Positions 13,455 through 27,600 of a stretch of 64,000 nt of DNA are shown here, one piece after another. The translations under genes were made by a program, and so were the position numbers. This DNA is from Schmidtea polychroa (taxonomy: Eukaryota). Below the pieces are notes generated by a model. It did no database searches. It was not told the origin of the DNA and saw nothing but the letters and a program-made list of their open reading frames with translations. The stretch is from positions 236,904,001 through 236,968,000 of the forward strand of contig CM097885.1 of NCBI GenBank assembly GCA_044892525.1, written 5' to 3'. Within the stretch, counting starts at the first letter, position 1; each line of letters opens with the position of its first letter.

Positions 13455-14815
13455 AACAACAAATCAACAACTTAGTACCAACAACCAGTAACTTACGAAC
13501 ATGTATTACCAACCAGATACCTACAACCAGTTACCTGATACCAAGTACCAACAACCAAAAACATGCAACCAACTAGGTACCAAGTACTAACAACTAACTA
13601 CCACCTACCAAGTACCTACAACCAACTACTAAGTACTAACAACCAAAAACAACCAACTAGGTACTAGATACCAAGTACTTACAACAAACATCAACCAAGT
13701 ACTTACTACCAACTACCAAGTACTTACAACTAGTTACTAACAACTAGTTACCTGCTACCAAGTACTTACAATTAGTTACTAACAACCTGTTACCTGATAC
13801 TAAGTACCTACAACCACCTAACAAGTACTAACAACCAAAAACAAGCAACCAAACAGGTATCAGATACCACCTACTAAGTACCAACAACCAACTAGTTACC
13901 AGATACCTACAACTAGATACTAACAACTAGGTCTCAAACAACTAAATACTAACAACCAGGTACTAAGCATTAATTACCAACTACTAAGTACCTACAACTA
14001 GATACTAACAACCAGTTACCTGATACCAAGTACTAACAACCGTCAACAACCAGGTACTAAGGCTTATCAACCTACAACTAGTTACTAACAACCAGTTACC
14101 AACTACTAAGCATTAATTACCTACAACTAGTTACTAACAACTAGATACCAAGTACATACAACCAGACACTAAGCATTATCAACCAAGTACTAACAACTAA
14201 ATACTAAACACTAACAACCGACAATAACCAGGTACTAAGCATCGTCAACCAACTACTAAGTACCTACAACTAGATACTAACAACCAGTTACCCATTAACT
14301 AGCTACAACCAGCACTCAACTAGCTACCAACTACTAAGTACCTACAACCAAGTACTAACAACTAGATACCTAGTTACTAACAACCCGCTAACAACTAACA
14401 ACTAGATACCAAGTACCAGTAAATTACGAACATGTATTAACAACCAGATACCTACAACTAGTTACTAACAACTAGTTACCTGATAGCAACCAACTAGCTA
14501 CCAACTACTAAGTACCTACAACCAACATCAACCAGGTACTAAGCATTAATTACCAACTACTAAGTACCTACAACCAACATCAACCAGGTACTAAGCATTA
14601 ATTACCAACTACTAAGTACCTACAACCAACTAGCTACCACCTACCAAGTACTAACAACCAGTTACCAACTACTAAGCATTAATTACCTACAACTAGTTAC
14701 TAACAACTAGCTACCAAGTACATACAACCAGACACTAAGCATTATCAACCAAGTACTAACAACCAAGTACAAGATACCTAGTACTGTCAACTAGATACCA
14801 AACACTTACAACCAG
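13455..14815. repeat. Strand-biased, G-poor mosaic repeat built from ACCAACT / ACTAAGT / ACCTACA / ACTAGTT / ACTAACA-type modules, in all four arms
   Basis: Directly visible; ~7-nt words shuffled into longer duplicated blocks. Confidence 0.9.
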
Positions 14816-15100
14816 ATGACCACATGAAATTATTGGTTAAATATGAAAATAAGGGTTATAATTAGTTGTTAAGTAAATTATGGTGTAAAATTAAGAAATA
14901 AAGAATAATTAGGTAAATTAAAGTTAAAAATTTTAAATAAGTAAATTAAGATTCAAAATTTAAAATTAAGTATCCAATGGTTCAAATTTTAAATTAAAGC
15001 TAAATAAGTAAATTAAAGTAAGATTTTTAAATTTATTATCAAAAGATTGAATAACCACCAACTTTTTTGAGAAATGTAATTTATAATGAAAATTTAAATG

Positions 15101-15172
<72 letters not shown>

Positions 15173-15617
15173 TAATAATAATTAAACAGTTACCAACAAT
15201 CGGTTACTGATTATTTTTTAACTAGGTGCTAACAAATACTTACAACTAGATACCACGTACTAACTAACTCTCAAACAACCAGATACTTACAACTAACTAC
15301 TAAATATTCTTTATTGTATTTTATGAAATGCTTTTTAAATTAATATTTTTTATACAGCTTCTATAATAATTTTAATTACAATCAGTAAAAAAACCTTTTC
15401 AAAATGTCTAAATTTAACAAAAATGTTGATTTTCATCAAAAAACCAGAACTCAACCACTTTAAAACACCACGTGGAATTCAAAATAATTACAATGAAAGA
15501 CTAATGAATTCTAATTTACAAAACATTCTTCTTTTAAATGATAACTACTGACTTATTATTGCAAAGTAAAAATCACATTCAATAAATACTTATTATTGAT
15601 CAGTTTTATTATATATA

Positions 15618-18600
15618 CTCTGAGTTTATCCGACAGGATGTTTTGACGCCCTAAGGGTACAGGTCGTAAGGGTATTAGTCGTAAGGGTACTGGTCGTAAA
15701 GGTACTAGTCGTAGGGGTATTGGTAACACTTAACCACAACCTACCCATTAACTAGCTACTAAGTACTAACCACTAGGTTTCAAACAACAACTACTAACAA
15801 CCACCATCAAAACCCATCGAGAAATTAACAAATATCAACCTACAACTATATAACAATCAGTAAACAACACTGTACCAACTACCAAATACAAGATACCAAC
15901 AACTTAGTACCAACAATCAACTAACAACACATAAAAATAATAGCAATTAAATACAAAATATTCTTGATCGCATACACTATTTTCTTATCAAAATCTAAAA
16001 AGTCAATCAGATACCAACTACCAAGTACCAAGTACTAACAACCAACTACCTAGAACCAACAACTATGTACTAACAAATTGATCTTTAAAAGCAAATACTC
16101 TTCACTTGAAAAATTGGATGAAAAATTATTTGAACTCAATGCATCAATAACTTGGTAAAAATTGATTAAATAATTGTAAAAATTTAAATTATTCAAAATA
16201 AATATCATAAAAATTTAATTAATGGACAAGAAAAAATTCTAATCATCCAATAAATAAAAAAAAATGCTGATCATTCAAGTTGAATCAACTAAGATAATAA
16301 ATTAATAAGATAAGATCTAGTAGATAATTGATTAAGATTGAATAAATTAATTTAAATAAAATTTAATTTAATTATTTTTGTAAAAGTAATACATGTACTC
16401 AAATTGATTGACTGATTTCTCAATATATTCAAAAAAAAATCAGTATAAATTCATTACAATTATCAAAGTCAGCAATCTACAATAAAAATAATTATCATAA
16501 AATTCCAAAAGAGACTAGATAACTAATGATAACATCTAATAAACCAGTAAATTTATTTAAATGACAATAATTGGTATATCCTAGTGAATTCTCCAATTTC
16601 TCATTTCCTCCCAAATATATCAATATGTAAAGATTAGTATTGTAATGATAAATACTTGTTAAAGATCATATATTTACCTCAAACTAACAAGATTCCTTAA
16701 AATCCCTTAAATGACTATATTTCTACCCTTAATTCATATTATTACAAATATTTCACTAAAATCATCTAAAAAGCATCAAATTTCCCTGAAATAACTCTAT
16801 CTTTTAAGATTGATATTTTAATGATAAGTACTTGTTAAAGATCATATATTCCCCTCAGACTAATAAGATTGCTTAAACTCCCCTTTAAATGACTATAATT
16901 CTAACTTTAATTCCTATTATCATACATGTTTCACTATTGATAAAACCGGTTATAATTAACTTTTTGTTAATCACTGTACTCGAAATTTAAAATAAATATA
17001 ACTGACTAGGTCCCATTAAAAGATTAAATTTATCCATTCAATAAAATATATTTCTTCAAATGATCATTTTTACCAATATTCAACCGATTTAATTACTAAT
17101 TAAAATCAAGATTTCTTCCAATAAAGATCAATTTTATTTAGTCGATGTTTTAAGTCCATATTTCTAAACTTTTGTCATTCTCCGCCTAAATAAAGATAAA
17201 AATAAATTAAAGTTGATATCAATCCCAATTATCTGTAAAGATTTCATTGTCAAAACCAAGTAAATCGATCATTATCCCTACTTAATAAAACATTGTTCTA
17301 AATTAATTTACTGTGCATTAATCACAACCTAATAAAACGATATAATTATTATTGATTCATAACTGACTAATGTATTGCAATTTCCTTAAAAAACATTGAT
17401 ATTTTACCAACATCACCCTTAAAAAATCATATATTCCCATCGAAACCCTTCCCTCATTAAAAGCAACCGACTATATCTCCCTTACAATAATATATTCCCA
17501 TCTTAACCCATCTCACATTAAATCTAACCGACTATATCCCCCTTAAAAGATCATATTTTCCCCATCTTAACCGATCTCTCATTAAATCTAACCAACAATA
17601 TCCCATCTTAACCGATCTCTCATTAAATCTAACCGACTATATCCCTTTAAAAATCATATATTCCCATCTCTCATTAAATCTAATCGATAATATCCCATCT
17701 TATCCGATCTCTCAGCAAATATTTCTACCCTTTTAAACATCTATCCGATTATATCCCTTAATTTCCCTAAAGATTCCACCCACTTGAACCCTTTAATATA
17801 TATCAATCCTCTTAATATCCTTAGAGAACTTCAAAAAGTATGAATTTTCATAAACTGTTAAAGACACCAGGCATTCTTCCATTGAAATAATTTAGAAGCT
17901 AAATAATAAGAGCCCACTAAAAGATCAAAATTTACTAAAATTTTCTACAAATATTTACCATCAAATACTGGAGATGATATATATTGATTGATCATAATTC
18001 TTCATCGATTCAACCAATCATTTTCAAGCAATAACAGCAAACTAAATTTCTGTATATCCTACAATAATTATCAAGTAAATTTAAAGTCATTGATAAATAT
18101 TCTTAGAAAATTATTGAAAAAAATTATCTAGTCAAATATATTACAAAGTTATCATCAAAAATTTATTCTATCACTTAATTATTAACCTAATTGTCAATGA
18201 AATTAATTTTTATTTAAAAACTATTCAATAAAATACAACTAATTATCAAGAAATTAACTAAATTTATCAATTAAATTTATCACCATTAAAACTTTTAATC
18301 AGTCAACATGAAATTCTTAGAAAATTATTCAATATCCTCATAAAAATTTATCCTACCACTTCATTATTGTAAAATCTCTAATTATTAACCTCATTGAAAA
18401 TAATTTTTATTTAAAATTAAAAAAAAAAAACAAGTCAATAAAAATACATCCAATTATCAAGAAATTAATTAAATTTATCTTAGAATTAGCATTAAATTAT
18501 TAAATATTCATTCAATAAACATGAAATTTGCAAAAATGTTAGAAATCCATGAAAATGATAGATATCTACAAAAATTACGCATATTCACAAAAAATTACGG

Positions 18601-18846
18601 AAATTCATGAAAATAATGGAAAATTACAAAAAATGATAGAAATTCATAAAAATGATAGAAATTTACTTGAATAAAACCATCAACTCTAAAAAATTATCAA
18701 TACCTTAAACATCAAATTTGTCTAAATTCAAATAAAAACATTAAATACCTTTACGACTAATACCCTTGCGACATGTTGAATGTGAGTAGTACCCTTGTGA
18801 GCAATACCCATAGGGGGACAGAATATTTTGTCGGATAAACTCAGAG
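15618..18846. mobile_element. Nested ~3.2-kb TIR-bounded module, copy 1 left arm
   Basis: Perfect 18-bp IR CTCTGAGTTTATCCGACA, imperfect to ~40 bp; flanked by TATA on both sides; 15-bp subterminal repeats (AAGGGTACTAGTCGT-like). Confidence 0.7.
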
Positions 18847-19282
18847 TATATATTAATTAACTCATTTATCATTGAATTAGTCAAATTATCGTAAATTTCG
18901 ATAAAAAATCTAAAGTGGTAAGCAATGTAAAGAGAAATATTCTTTAAATTTTGATAAAATTAACAATGAAGGTGGTAAGAATCTTCATTAAAGTGAGGAA
19001 ATTACTCGATGATAAATTCAAATGGGTGAAAATAATTGGTAGAATAATTCATTAATGGATCATTGAATGGGCATAGATAAGAAGAAAGTTGATAAGAATG
19101 GAAATATATTAATTGAATTTATTTAAAATTATTTCATAAAATTCATAAATTTAATAAAACTTTTAAAACAAATATTTGTGGGGAAGTGAATAATTAATGG
19201 AAAATCGGGAATCGGGGGTAATATAGGGATTAAATAGTAGAGAATAATAGTGAATATAAGTGAGGAGGATATATAATTTAAG

Positions 19283-19360
19283 CTAGTTTATTACATAACA
19301 AGCCGTGACTAGTTTATTACATAACAAGCCGCAACTAATTTATTACATAACAAGCTGTGA
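19283..19360. repeat. Three 26-bp direct repeats (CTAGTTTATTACATAACAAGCCGTGA) at the inner arm end, mirrored across the spacer
   Basis: Directly visible; reverse complement at ~20376-20453; also present in copy 2. Confidence 0.9.
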
Positions 19361-19363
19361 ATG

Positions 19364-20372
19364 ATATTTTACCAACATTTTACTAAATTTTTAAAGTATG
19401 TAATTTAATTTTAATTATATTTTAAAATTGTATATATTTTCAATATCATTCTATTGTTTTATTCCAATAATAAGTTTAAAAAGTATATAATGATTATTAA
19501 ATTAATATCTTGTTAACATTTATTTGAGAATTTAAAAAACTTTACTTAAAATTTGTGAAGTATTTAATTTTGATTGTATTTTATAAGATATATATTCGAG
19601 TATTAGCTTATTTTGATTGAAGTTTCATATTTAATATTATGATGATTGTTTTCTAAATATTTTAGTGTAAAATAGTAAATTTAATAATAAATAGAATACA
19701 ATATTAAAAGACCTTATGAAAAAAAGAGTAACTTTTAATATCTAATCAATAAGTTTTAAAAGTCTATAACTGATAATACACTAATTTCTTATTTACATTT
19801 ACTTATAAAATTTATATTTTTAAATTTAGTGTAAAAGTATTTAATTTTTATTGTAATTTATAAAAATCATCTATTTGAATAGTTATCTTATTTTGATTAA
19901 AAAGGGTAATATAATAATATGATAATTGTTTTTGAAATATTTAACGTAAAATAATAAATTTATTAATAAATAGCTATTATTACAATATTAAAGGACTTAG
20001 TCATAATTTTGAAAAAAAAAAATAACCTAAGTAACTTTTTATTTCTATTACATAATTCCGTCAATAAGTTTAAGTCTATACCCGGAAAAATTAAATTATT
20101 ATTTACATTATTCGAGAATTTGAAAAACTTATAAAATTTATATTTTTAAAATTTAATTTTGATTGTATTTTCTAAGATATATATTTGAATATTCAACTTA
20201 TTTTGAATGAAAAGGGTAATATATATATATATTATTTTCTTTTATGATAATTGTTTTTGAAATACATAATGTAAATTAAAACATTTTAGTATTAATTAGT
20301 TATTATTTTAGAATTTATTTTAGTCAAAAATTTAAAAAAATAAGACCTATTCCATATTTCTTATTCAAAAAC
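19364..20372. other. Central 1009-bp spacer/loop of copy 1, containing three diverged ~280-310-bp tandem units
   Basis: Arm complementarity ends at GTGAATG / CATTCAC; repeated blocks start at ~19461, 19741 and 20056. Confidence 0.85.
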
Positions 20373-20889
20373 CATTCACAGCTTGTTATGTAATAAATTA
20401 GTTGCGGCTTGTTATGTAATAAACTAGTCACGACTTGTTATGTAATAAACTAGCTTAAATTATATATCCTCCTCACTTATATTCACTATTATTCTCTACT
20501 ATTTAATCCCTATATTACCCCCGATTCCCGATTTTCCATTAATTATTCACTTCCCCACAAATATTTGTTTTAAAAGTTTTATTAAATTTATGAATTTTAT
20601 GAAATAATTTTAAATAAATTCAATTAATATATTTCCATTCTTATCAACTTTCTTCTTATCTATGCCCATTCAATGATCCATTAATGAATTATTCTACCAA
20701 TTATTTTCACCCATTTGAATTTATCATCGAGTAATTTCCTCACTTTAATGAAGATTCTTACCACCTTCATTGTTAATTTTATCAAAATTTAAAGAATATT
20801 TCTCTTTACATTGCTTACCACTTTAGATTTTTTATCGAAATTTACGATAATTTGACTAATTCAATGATAAATGAGTTAATTAATATATA

Positions 20890-23800
20890 CTCTGAGTTTA
20901 TCCGACAAAATATTCTGTCCCCCTATGGGTATTGCTCACAAGGGTACTACTCACATTCAACATGTCGCAAGGGTATTAGTCGTAAAGGTATTTAATGTTT
21001 TTATTTGAATTTAGACAAATTTGATGTTTAAGGTATTGATAATTTTTTAGAGTTGATGGTTTTATTCAAGTAAATTTCTATCATTTTTATGAATTTCTAT
21101 CATTTTTTGTAATTTTCCATTATTTTCATGAATTTCCGTAATTTTTTGTGAATATGCGTAATTTTTGTAGATATCTATCATTTTCATGGATTTCTAACAT
21201 TTTTGCAAATTTCATGTTTATTGAATGAATATTTAATAATTTAATGCTAATTCTAAGATAAATTTAATTAATTTCTTGATAATTGGATGTATTTTTATTG
21301 ACTTGTTTTTTTTTTTAATTTTAAATAAAAATTATTTTCAATGAGGTTAATAATTAGAGATTTTACAATAATGAAGTGGTAGGATAAATTTTTATGAGGA
21401 TATTGAATAATTTTCTAAGAATTTCATGTTGACTGATTAAAAGTTTTAATGGTGATAAATTTAATTGATAAATTTAGTTAATTTCTTGATAATTAGTTGT
21501 ATTTTATTGAATAGTTTTTAAATAAAAATTAATTTCATTGACAATTAGGTTAATAATTAAGTGATAGAATAAATTTTTGATGATAACTTTGTAATATATT
21601 TGACTAGATAATTTTTTTCAATAATTTTCTAAGAATATTTATCAATGACTTTAAATTTACTTGATAATTATTGTAGGATATACAGAAATTTAGTTTGCTG
21701 TTATTGCTTGAAAATGATTGGTTGAATCGATGAAGAATTATGATCAATCAATATATATCATCTCCAGTATTTGATGGTAAATATTTGTAGAAAATTTTAG
21801 TAAATTTTGATCTTTTAGTGGGCTCTTATTATTTAGCTTCTAAATTATTTCAATGGAAGAATGCCTGGTGTCTTTAACAGTTTATGAAAATTCATACTTT
21901 TTGAAGTTCTCTAAGGATATTAAGAGGATTGATATATATTAAAGGGTTCAAGTGGGTGGAATCTTTAGGGAAATTAAGGGATATAATCGGATAGATGTTT
22001 AAAAGGGTAGAAATATTTGCTGAGAGATCGGATAAGATGGGATATTATCGATTAGATTTAATGAGAGATGGGAATATATGATTTTTAAAGGGATATAGTC
22101 GGTTAGATTTAATGAGAGATCGGTTAAGATGGGATATTGTTGGTTAGATTTAATGAGAGATCGGTTAAGATGGGGAAAATATGATCTTTTAAGGGGGATA
22201 TAGTCGGTTAGATTTAATGTGAGATGGGTTAAGATGGGAATATATTATTGTAAGGGAGATATAGTCGGTTGCTTTTAATGAGGGAAGGGTTTCGATGGGA
22301 ATATATGATTTTTTAAGGGTGATGTTGGTAAAATATCAATGTTTTTTAAGGAAATTGCAATACATTAGTCAGTTATGAATCAATAATAATTATATCGTTT
22401 TATTAGGTTGTGATTAATGCACAGTAAATTAATTTAGAACAATGTTTTATTAAGTAGGGATAATGATCGATTTACTTGGTTTTGACAATGAAATCTTTAC
22501 AGATAATTGGGATTGATATCAACTTTAATTTATTTTTATCTTTATTTAGGCGGAGAATGACAAAAGTTTAGAAATATGGACTTAAAACATCGACTAAATA
22601 AAATTGATCTTTATTGGAAGAAATCTTGATTTTAATTAGTAATTAAATCGGTTGAATATTGGTAAAAATGATCATTTGAAGAAATATATTTTATTGAATG
22701 GATAAATTTAATCTTTTAATGGGACCTAGTCAGTTATATTTATTTTAAATTTCGAGTACAGTGATTAACAAAAAGTTAATTATAACCGGTTTTATCAATA
22801 GTGAAACATGTATGATAATAGGAATTAAAGTTAGAATTATAGTCATTTAAAGGGGAGTTTAAGCAATCTTATTAGTCTGAGGGGAATATATGATCTTTAA
22901 CAAGTACTTATCATTAAAATATCAATCTTAAAAGATAGAGTTATTTCAGGGAAATTTGATGCTTTTTAGATGATTTTAGTGAAATATTTGTAATAATATG
23001 AATTAAGGGTAGAAATATAGTCATTTAAGGGATTTTAAGGAATCTTGTTAGTTTGAGGTAAATATATGATCTTTAACAAGTATTTATCATTACAATACTA
23101 ATCTTTACATATTGATATATTTGGGAGGAAATGAGAAATTGGAGAATTCACTAGGATATACCAATTATTGTCATTTAAATAAATTTACTGGTTTATTAGA
23201 TGTTATCATTAGTTATCTAGTCTCTTTTGGAATTTTATGATAATTATTTTTATTGTAGATTGCTGACTTTGATAATTGTAATGAATTTATACTGATTTTT
23301 TTTTGAATATATTGAGAAATCAGTCAATCAATTTGAGTACATGTATTACTTTTACAAAAATAATTAAATTAAATTTTATTTAAATTAATTTATTCAATCT
23401 TAATCAATTATCTACTAGATCTTATCTTATTAATTTATTATCTTAGTTGATTCAACTTGAATGATCAGCATTTTTTTTTATTTATTGGATGATTAGAATT
23501 TTTTCTTGTCCATTAATTAAATTTTTATGATATTTATTTTGAATAATTTAAATTTTTACAATTATTTAATCAATTTTTACCAAGTTATTGATGCATTGAG
23601 TTCAAATAATTTTTCATCCAATTTTTCAAGTGAAGAGTATTTGCTTTTAAAGATCAATTTGTTAGTACATAGTTGTTGGTTCTAGGTAGTTGGTTGTTAG
23701 TACTTGGTACTTGGTAGTTGGTATCTGATTGACTTTTTAGATTTTGATAAGAAAATAGTGTATGCGATCAAGAATATTTTGTATTTAATTGCTATTATTT

Positions 23801-24117
23801 TTATGTGTTGTTAGTTGATTGTTGGTACTAAGTTGTTGGTATCTTGTATTTGGTAGTTGGTACAGTGTTGTTTACTGATTGTTATATAGTTGTAGGTTGA
23901 TATTTGTTAATTTCTCGATGGGTTTTGATGGTGGTTGTTAGTAGTTGTTGTTTGAAACCTAGTGGTTAGTACTTAGTAGCTAGTTAATGGGTAGGTTGTG
24001 GTTAAGTGTTACCAATACCCCTACGACTAGTACCTTTACGACCAGTACCCTTACGACTAATACCCTTACGACCTGTACCCTTAGGGCGTCAAAACATCCT
24101 GTCGGATAAACTCAGAG
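20890..24117. mobile_element. Nested TIR-bounded module, copy 1 right arm
   Basis: Reverse complement of 15618-18846. Confidence 0.7.
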
Positions 24118-24562
24118 TATATATAATAAAACTGATCAATAATAAGTATTTATTGAATGTGATTTTTACTTTGCAATAATAAGTCAGTAGTTATCATTTA
24201 AAAGAAGAATGTTTTGTAAATTAGAATTCATTAGTCTTTCATTGTAATTATTTTGAATTCCACGTGGTGTTTTAAAGTGGTTGAGTTCTGGTTTTTTGAT
24301 GAAAATCAACATTTTTGTTAAATTTAGACATTTTGAAAAGGTTTTTTTACTGATTGTAATTAAAATTATTATAGAAGCTGTATAAAAAATATTAATTTAA
24401 AAAGCATTTCATAAAATACAATAAAGAATATTTAGTAGTTAGTTGTAAGTATCTGGTTGTTTGAGAGTTAGTTAGTACGTGGTATCTAGTTGTAAGTATT
24501 TGTTAGCACCTAGTTAAAAAATAATCAGTAACCGATTGTTGGTAACTGTTTAATTATTATTA

Positions 24563-24640
<78 letters not shown>

Positions 24641-27600
24641 CATTTAAATTTTCATTATAAATTACATTTCTCAAAAAAGTTGGTGGTTATTCAATCTTTT
24701 GATAATAAATTTAAAAATCTTACTTTAATTTACTTATTTAGCTTTAATTTAAAATTTGAACCATTGGATACTTAATTTTAAATTTTGAATCTTAATTTAC
24801 TTATTTAAAATTTTTAACTTTAATTTACCTAATTATTCTTTATTTCTTAATTTTACACCATAATTTACTTAACAACTAATTATAACCCTTATTTTCATAT
24901 TTAACCAATAATTTCATGTGGTCATCTGGTTGTAAGTGTTTGGTATCTAGTTGACAGTACTAGGTATCTTGTACTTGGTTGTTAGTACTTGGTTGATAAT
25001 GCTTAGTGTCTGGTTGTATGTACTTGGTAGCTAGTTGTTAGTAACTAGTTGTAGGTAATTAATGCTTAGTAGTTGGTAACTGGTTGTTAGTACTTGGTAG
25101 GTGGTAGCTAGTTGGTTGTAGGTACTTAGTAGTTGGTAATTAATGCTTAGTACCTGGTTGATGTTGGTTGTAGGTACTTAGTAGTTGGTAATTAATGCTT
25201 AGTACCTGGTTGATGTTGGTTGTAGGTACTTAGTAGTTGGTAGCTAGTTGGTTGCTATCAGGTAACTAGTTGTTAGTAACTAGTTGTAGGTATCTGGTTG
25301 TTAATACATGTTCGTAATTTACTGGTACTTGGTATCTAGTTGTTAGTTGTTAGCGGGTTGTTAGTAACTAGGTATCTAGTTGTTAGTACTTGGTTGTAGG
25401 TACTTAGTAGTTGGTAGCTAGTTGAGTGCTGGTTGTAGCTAGTTAATGGGTAACTGGTTGTTAGTATCTAGTTGTAGGTACTTAGTAGTTGGTTGATGAT
25501 GCTTAGTACCTGGTTATTGTCGGTTGTTAGTGTTTAGTATTTAGTTGTTAGTACTTGGTTGATAATGCTTAGTGTCTGGTTGTATGTACTTGGTATCTAG
25601 TTGTTAGTAACTAGTTGTAGGTAATTAATGCTTAGTAGTTGGTAACTGGTTGTTAGTAACTAGTTGTAGGTTGATAAGCCTTAGTACCTGGTTGTTGACG
25701 GTTGTTAGTACTTGGTATCAGGTAACTGGTTGTTAGTATCTAGTTGTAGGTTGTAGGTACTTAGTAGTTGGTAATTAATGCTTAGTACCTGGTTGTTAGT
25801 ATTTAGTTGTTTGAGACCTAGTTGTTAGTATCTAGTTGTAGGTATCTGGTAACTAGTTGGTTGTTGGTACTTAGTAGGTGGTATCTGATACCTGTTTGGT
25901 TGCTTGTTTTTGGTTGTTAGTACTTGTTAGGTGGTTGTAGGTACTTAGTATCAGGTAACTAGTTGTTAGTAACTAGTTGTAGGCACTTGGTATCTGGTAA
26001 TTTGTTGTAGGTACTTCGTTGTTTTTTGTTGTTAGTACTTAGTAGTTGGTTGTAGGTACTTGGTATCAGGTAACAGGTTGTTAGTAACTAATTGTAAGTA
26101 CTTGGTAGCAGGTAACTAGTTGTTAGTAACTAGTTGTAAGTACTTGGTAGTTGGTAGTAAGTACTTGGTTGATGTTTGTTGTAAGTACTTGGTATCTAGT
26201 ACCTAGTTGGTTGTTTTTGGTTGTTAGTACTTAGTAGTTGGTTGTAGGTACTTGGTAGGTGGTAGTTAGTTGTTAGTACTTGGTACCTAGTTGGTTGCAT
26301 GTTTTTGGTTGTTGGTACTTGGTATCAGGTAACTGGTTGTAGGTATCTGGTTGGTAATACATGTTCGTAAGTTACTGGTTGTTGGTACTAAGTTGTTGAT
26401 TTGTTGTTGAATTATTATTAAAATTTGTCTTTGAAAAATATTTCTTAAAAATTTCCATTAAAAATTATCATTGAAAAATATTTCATAAAAATTTCCATTA
26501 AAAATTACCATTGAAAAATATTTCATAAAATTTTCATTAAAAATTACCATTGAAAATTTTCATTAAAAAATTTCAATTCTCAAACACCTTTTATTATTTC
26601 TACTTTTTGTTAATAAATTTTAAAATCTTACTTTAATTTACTTATTACATTACTTTAATTTACTTAATTTAAAAATTATTACTTTAATTTACTTATTTAA
26701 AATTTTTTTACCATTGATTACTTAATTTAAAATTTGGACCTTAATTTACTTTATTTTAATTTTTAAGAACCTTAATTTACTTTAATTTAAAATTTAGAAC
26801 CATAATTTACTTTAATTCAAAAATTTGGACCATAATTTACTTTAATTTAAAAATTTGGACCATTATTTACTTTAATTTAATTTTTTAGGACCATTATTTA
26901 CTGTAATTTAATTTTTTTAGAACCATTATTTACTGTAATTGAAAAATTTGGACCATTATTTACTTTAATTGAAAAATCTGGACCATTATTTACTTTAATT
27001 TAATATTTTAGAACCATAATTTACTTTAATTTAATCTTTAGAACCATTATTTACTTTAATTTAATTTTTAGGACCATAATTTACTGTAATTGAAAAATTT
27101 GAACCATTATTTACTTAAATTTAATATTTTAGAACCTAAATTTACTTTAATTCAAAAATTTGGACCATTATTTACTTTAATTTGAAAAATTTGAGCCATT
27201 ATTTACTTTAATTGAAAAATCTGAGCATATTAATTACTTTAATTCGAAAATATGAACCTTAATTTAATTTTTTAGGACCATAATTAACTTTAATTTAATT
27301 TTTTAGGACCATTATTTACTTTAATTTAAAATTTTGAACCTTAATTTAGTTATTTGAGCCCATTCATTACTTTAATTGAAAAATCTAAGCCCATAATTTA
27401 CTTTAATTCAAAAATTTGGACCATTATTTACTTTAATTGAAAAATTTGGACCATAATTTACTTTAATTTAATTTTTTAGAACCATTATTTACTTTAATTG
27501 AAAAATTTGGACCATAATTTACTTTAATTTAATTTTTTAGAACCATTATTTACTGTAATTTAATTTTTAGGACCTTAATTTACTTTAATTTAATTTTTAG

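Noticed and set aside
19283..19360. 26-bp (and 15-, 29-, 100-bp) repeats as a CRISPR array
   Set aside because: Head-to-tail repeats without unique spacers, no cas genes, eukaryotic context
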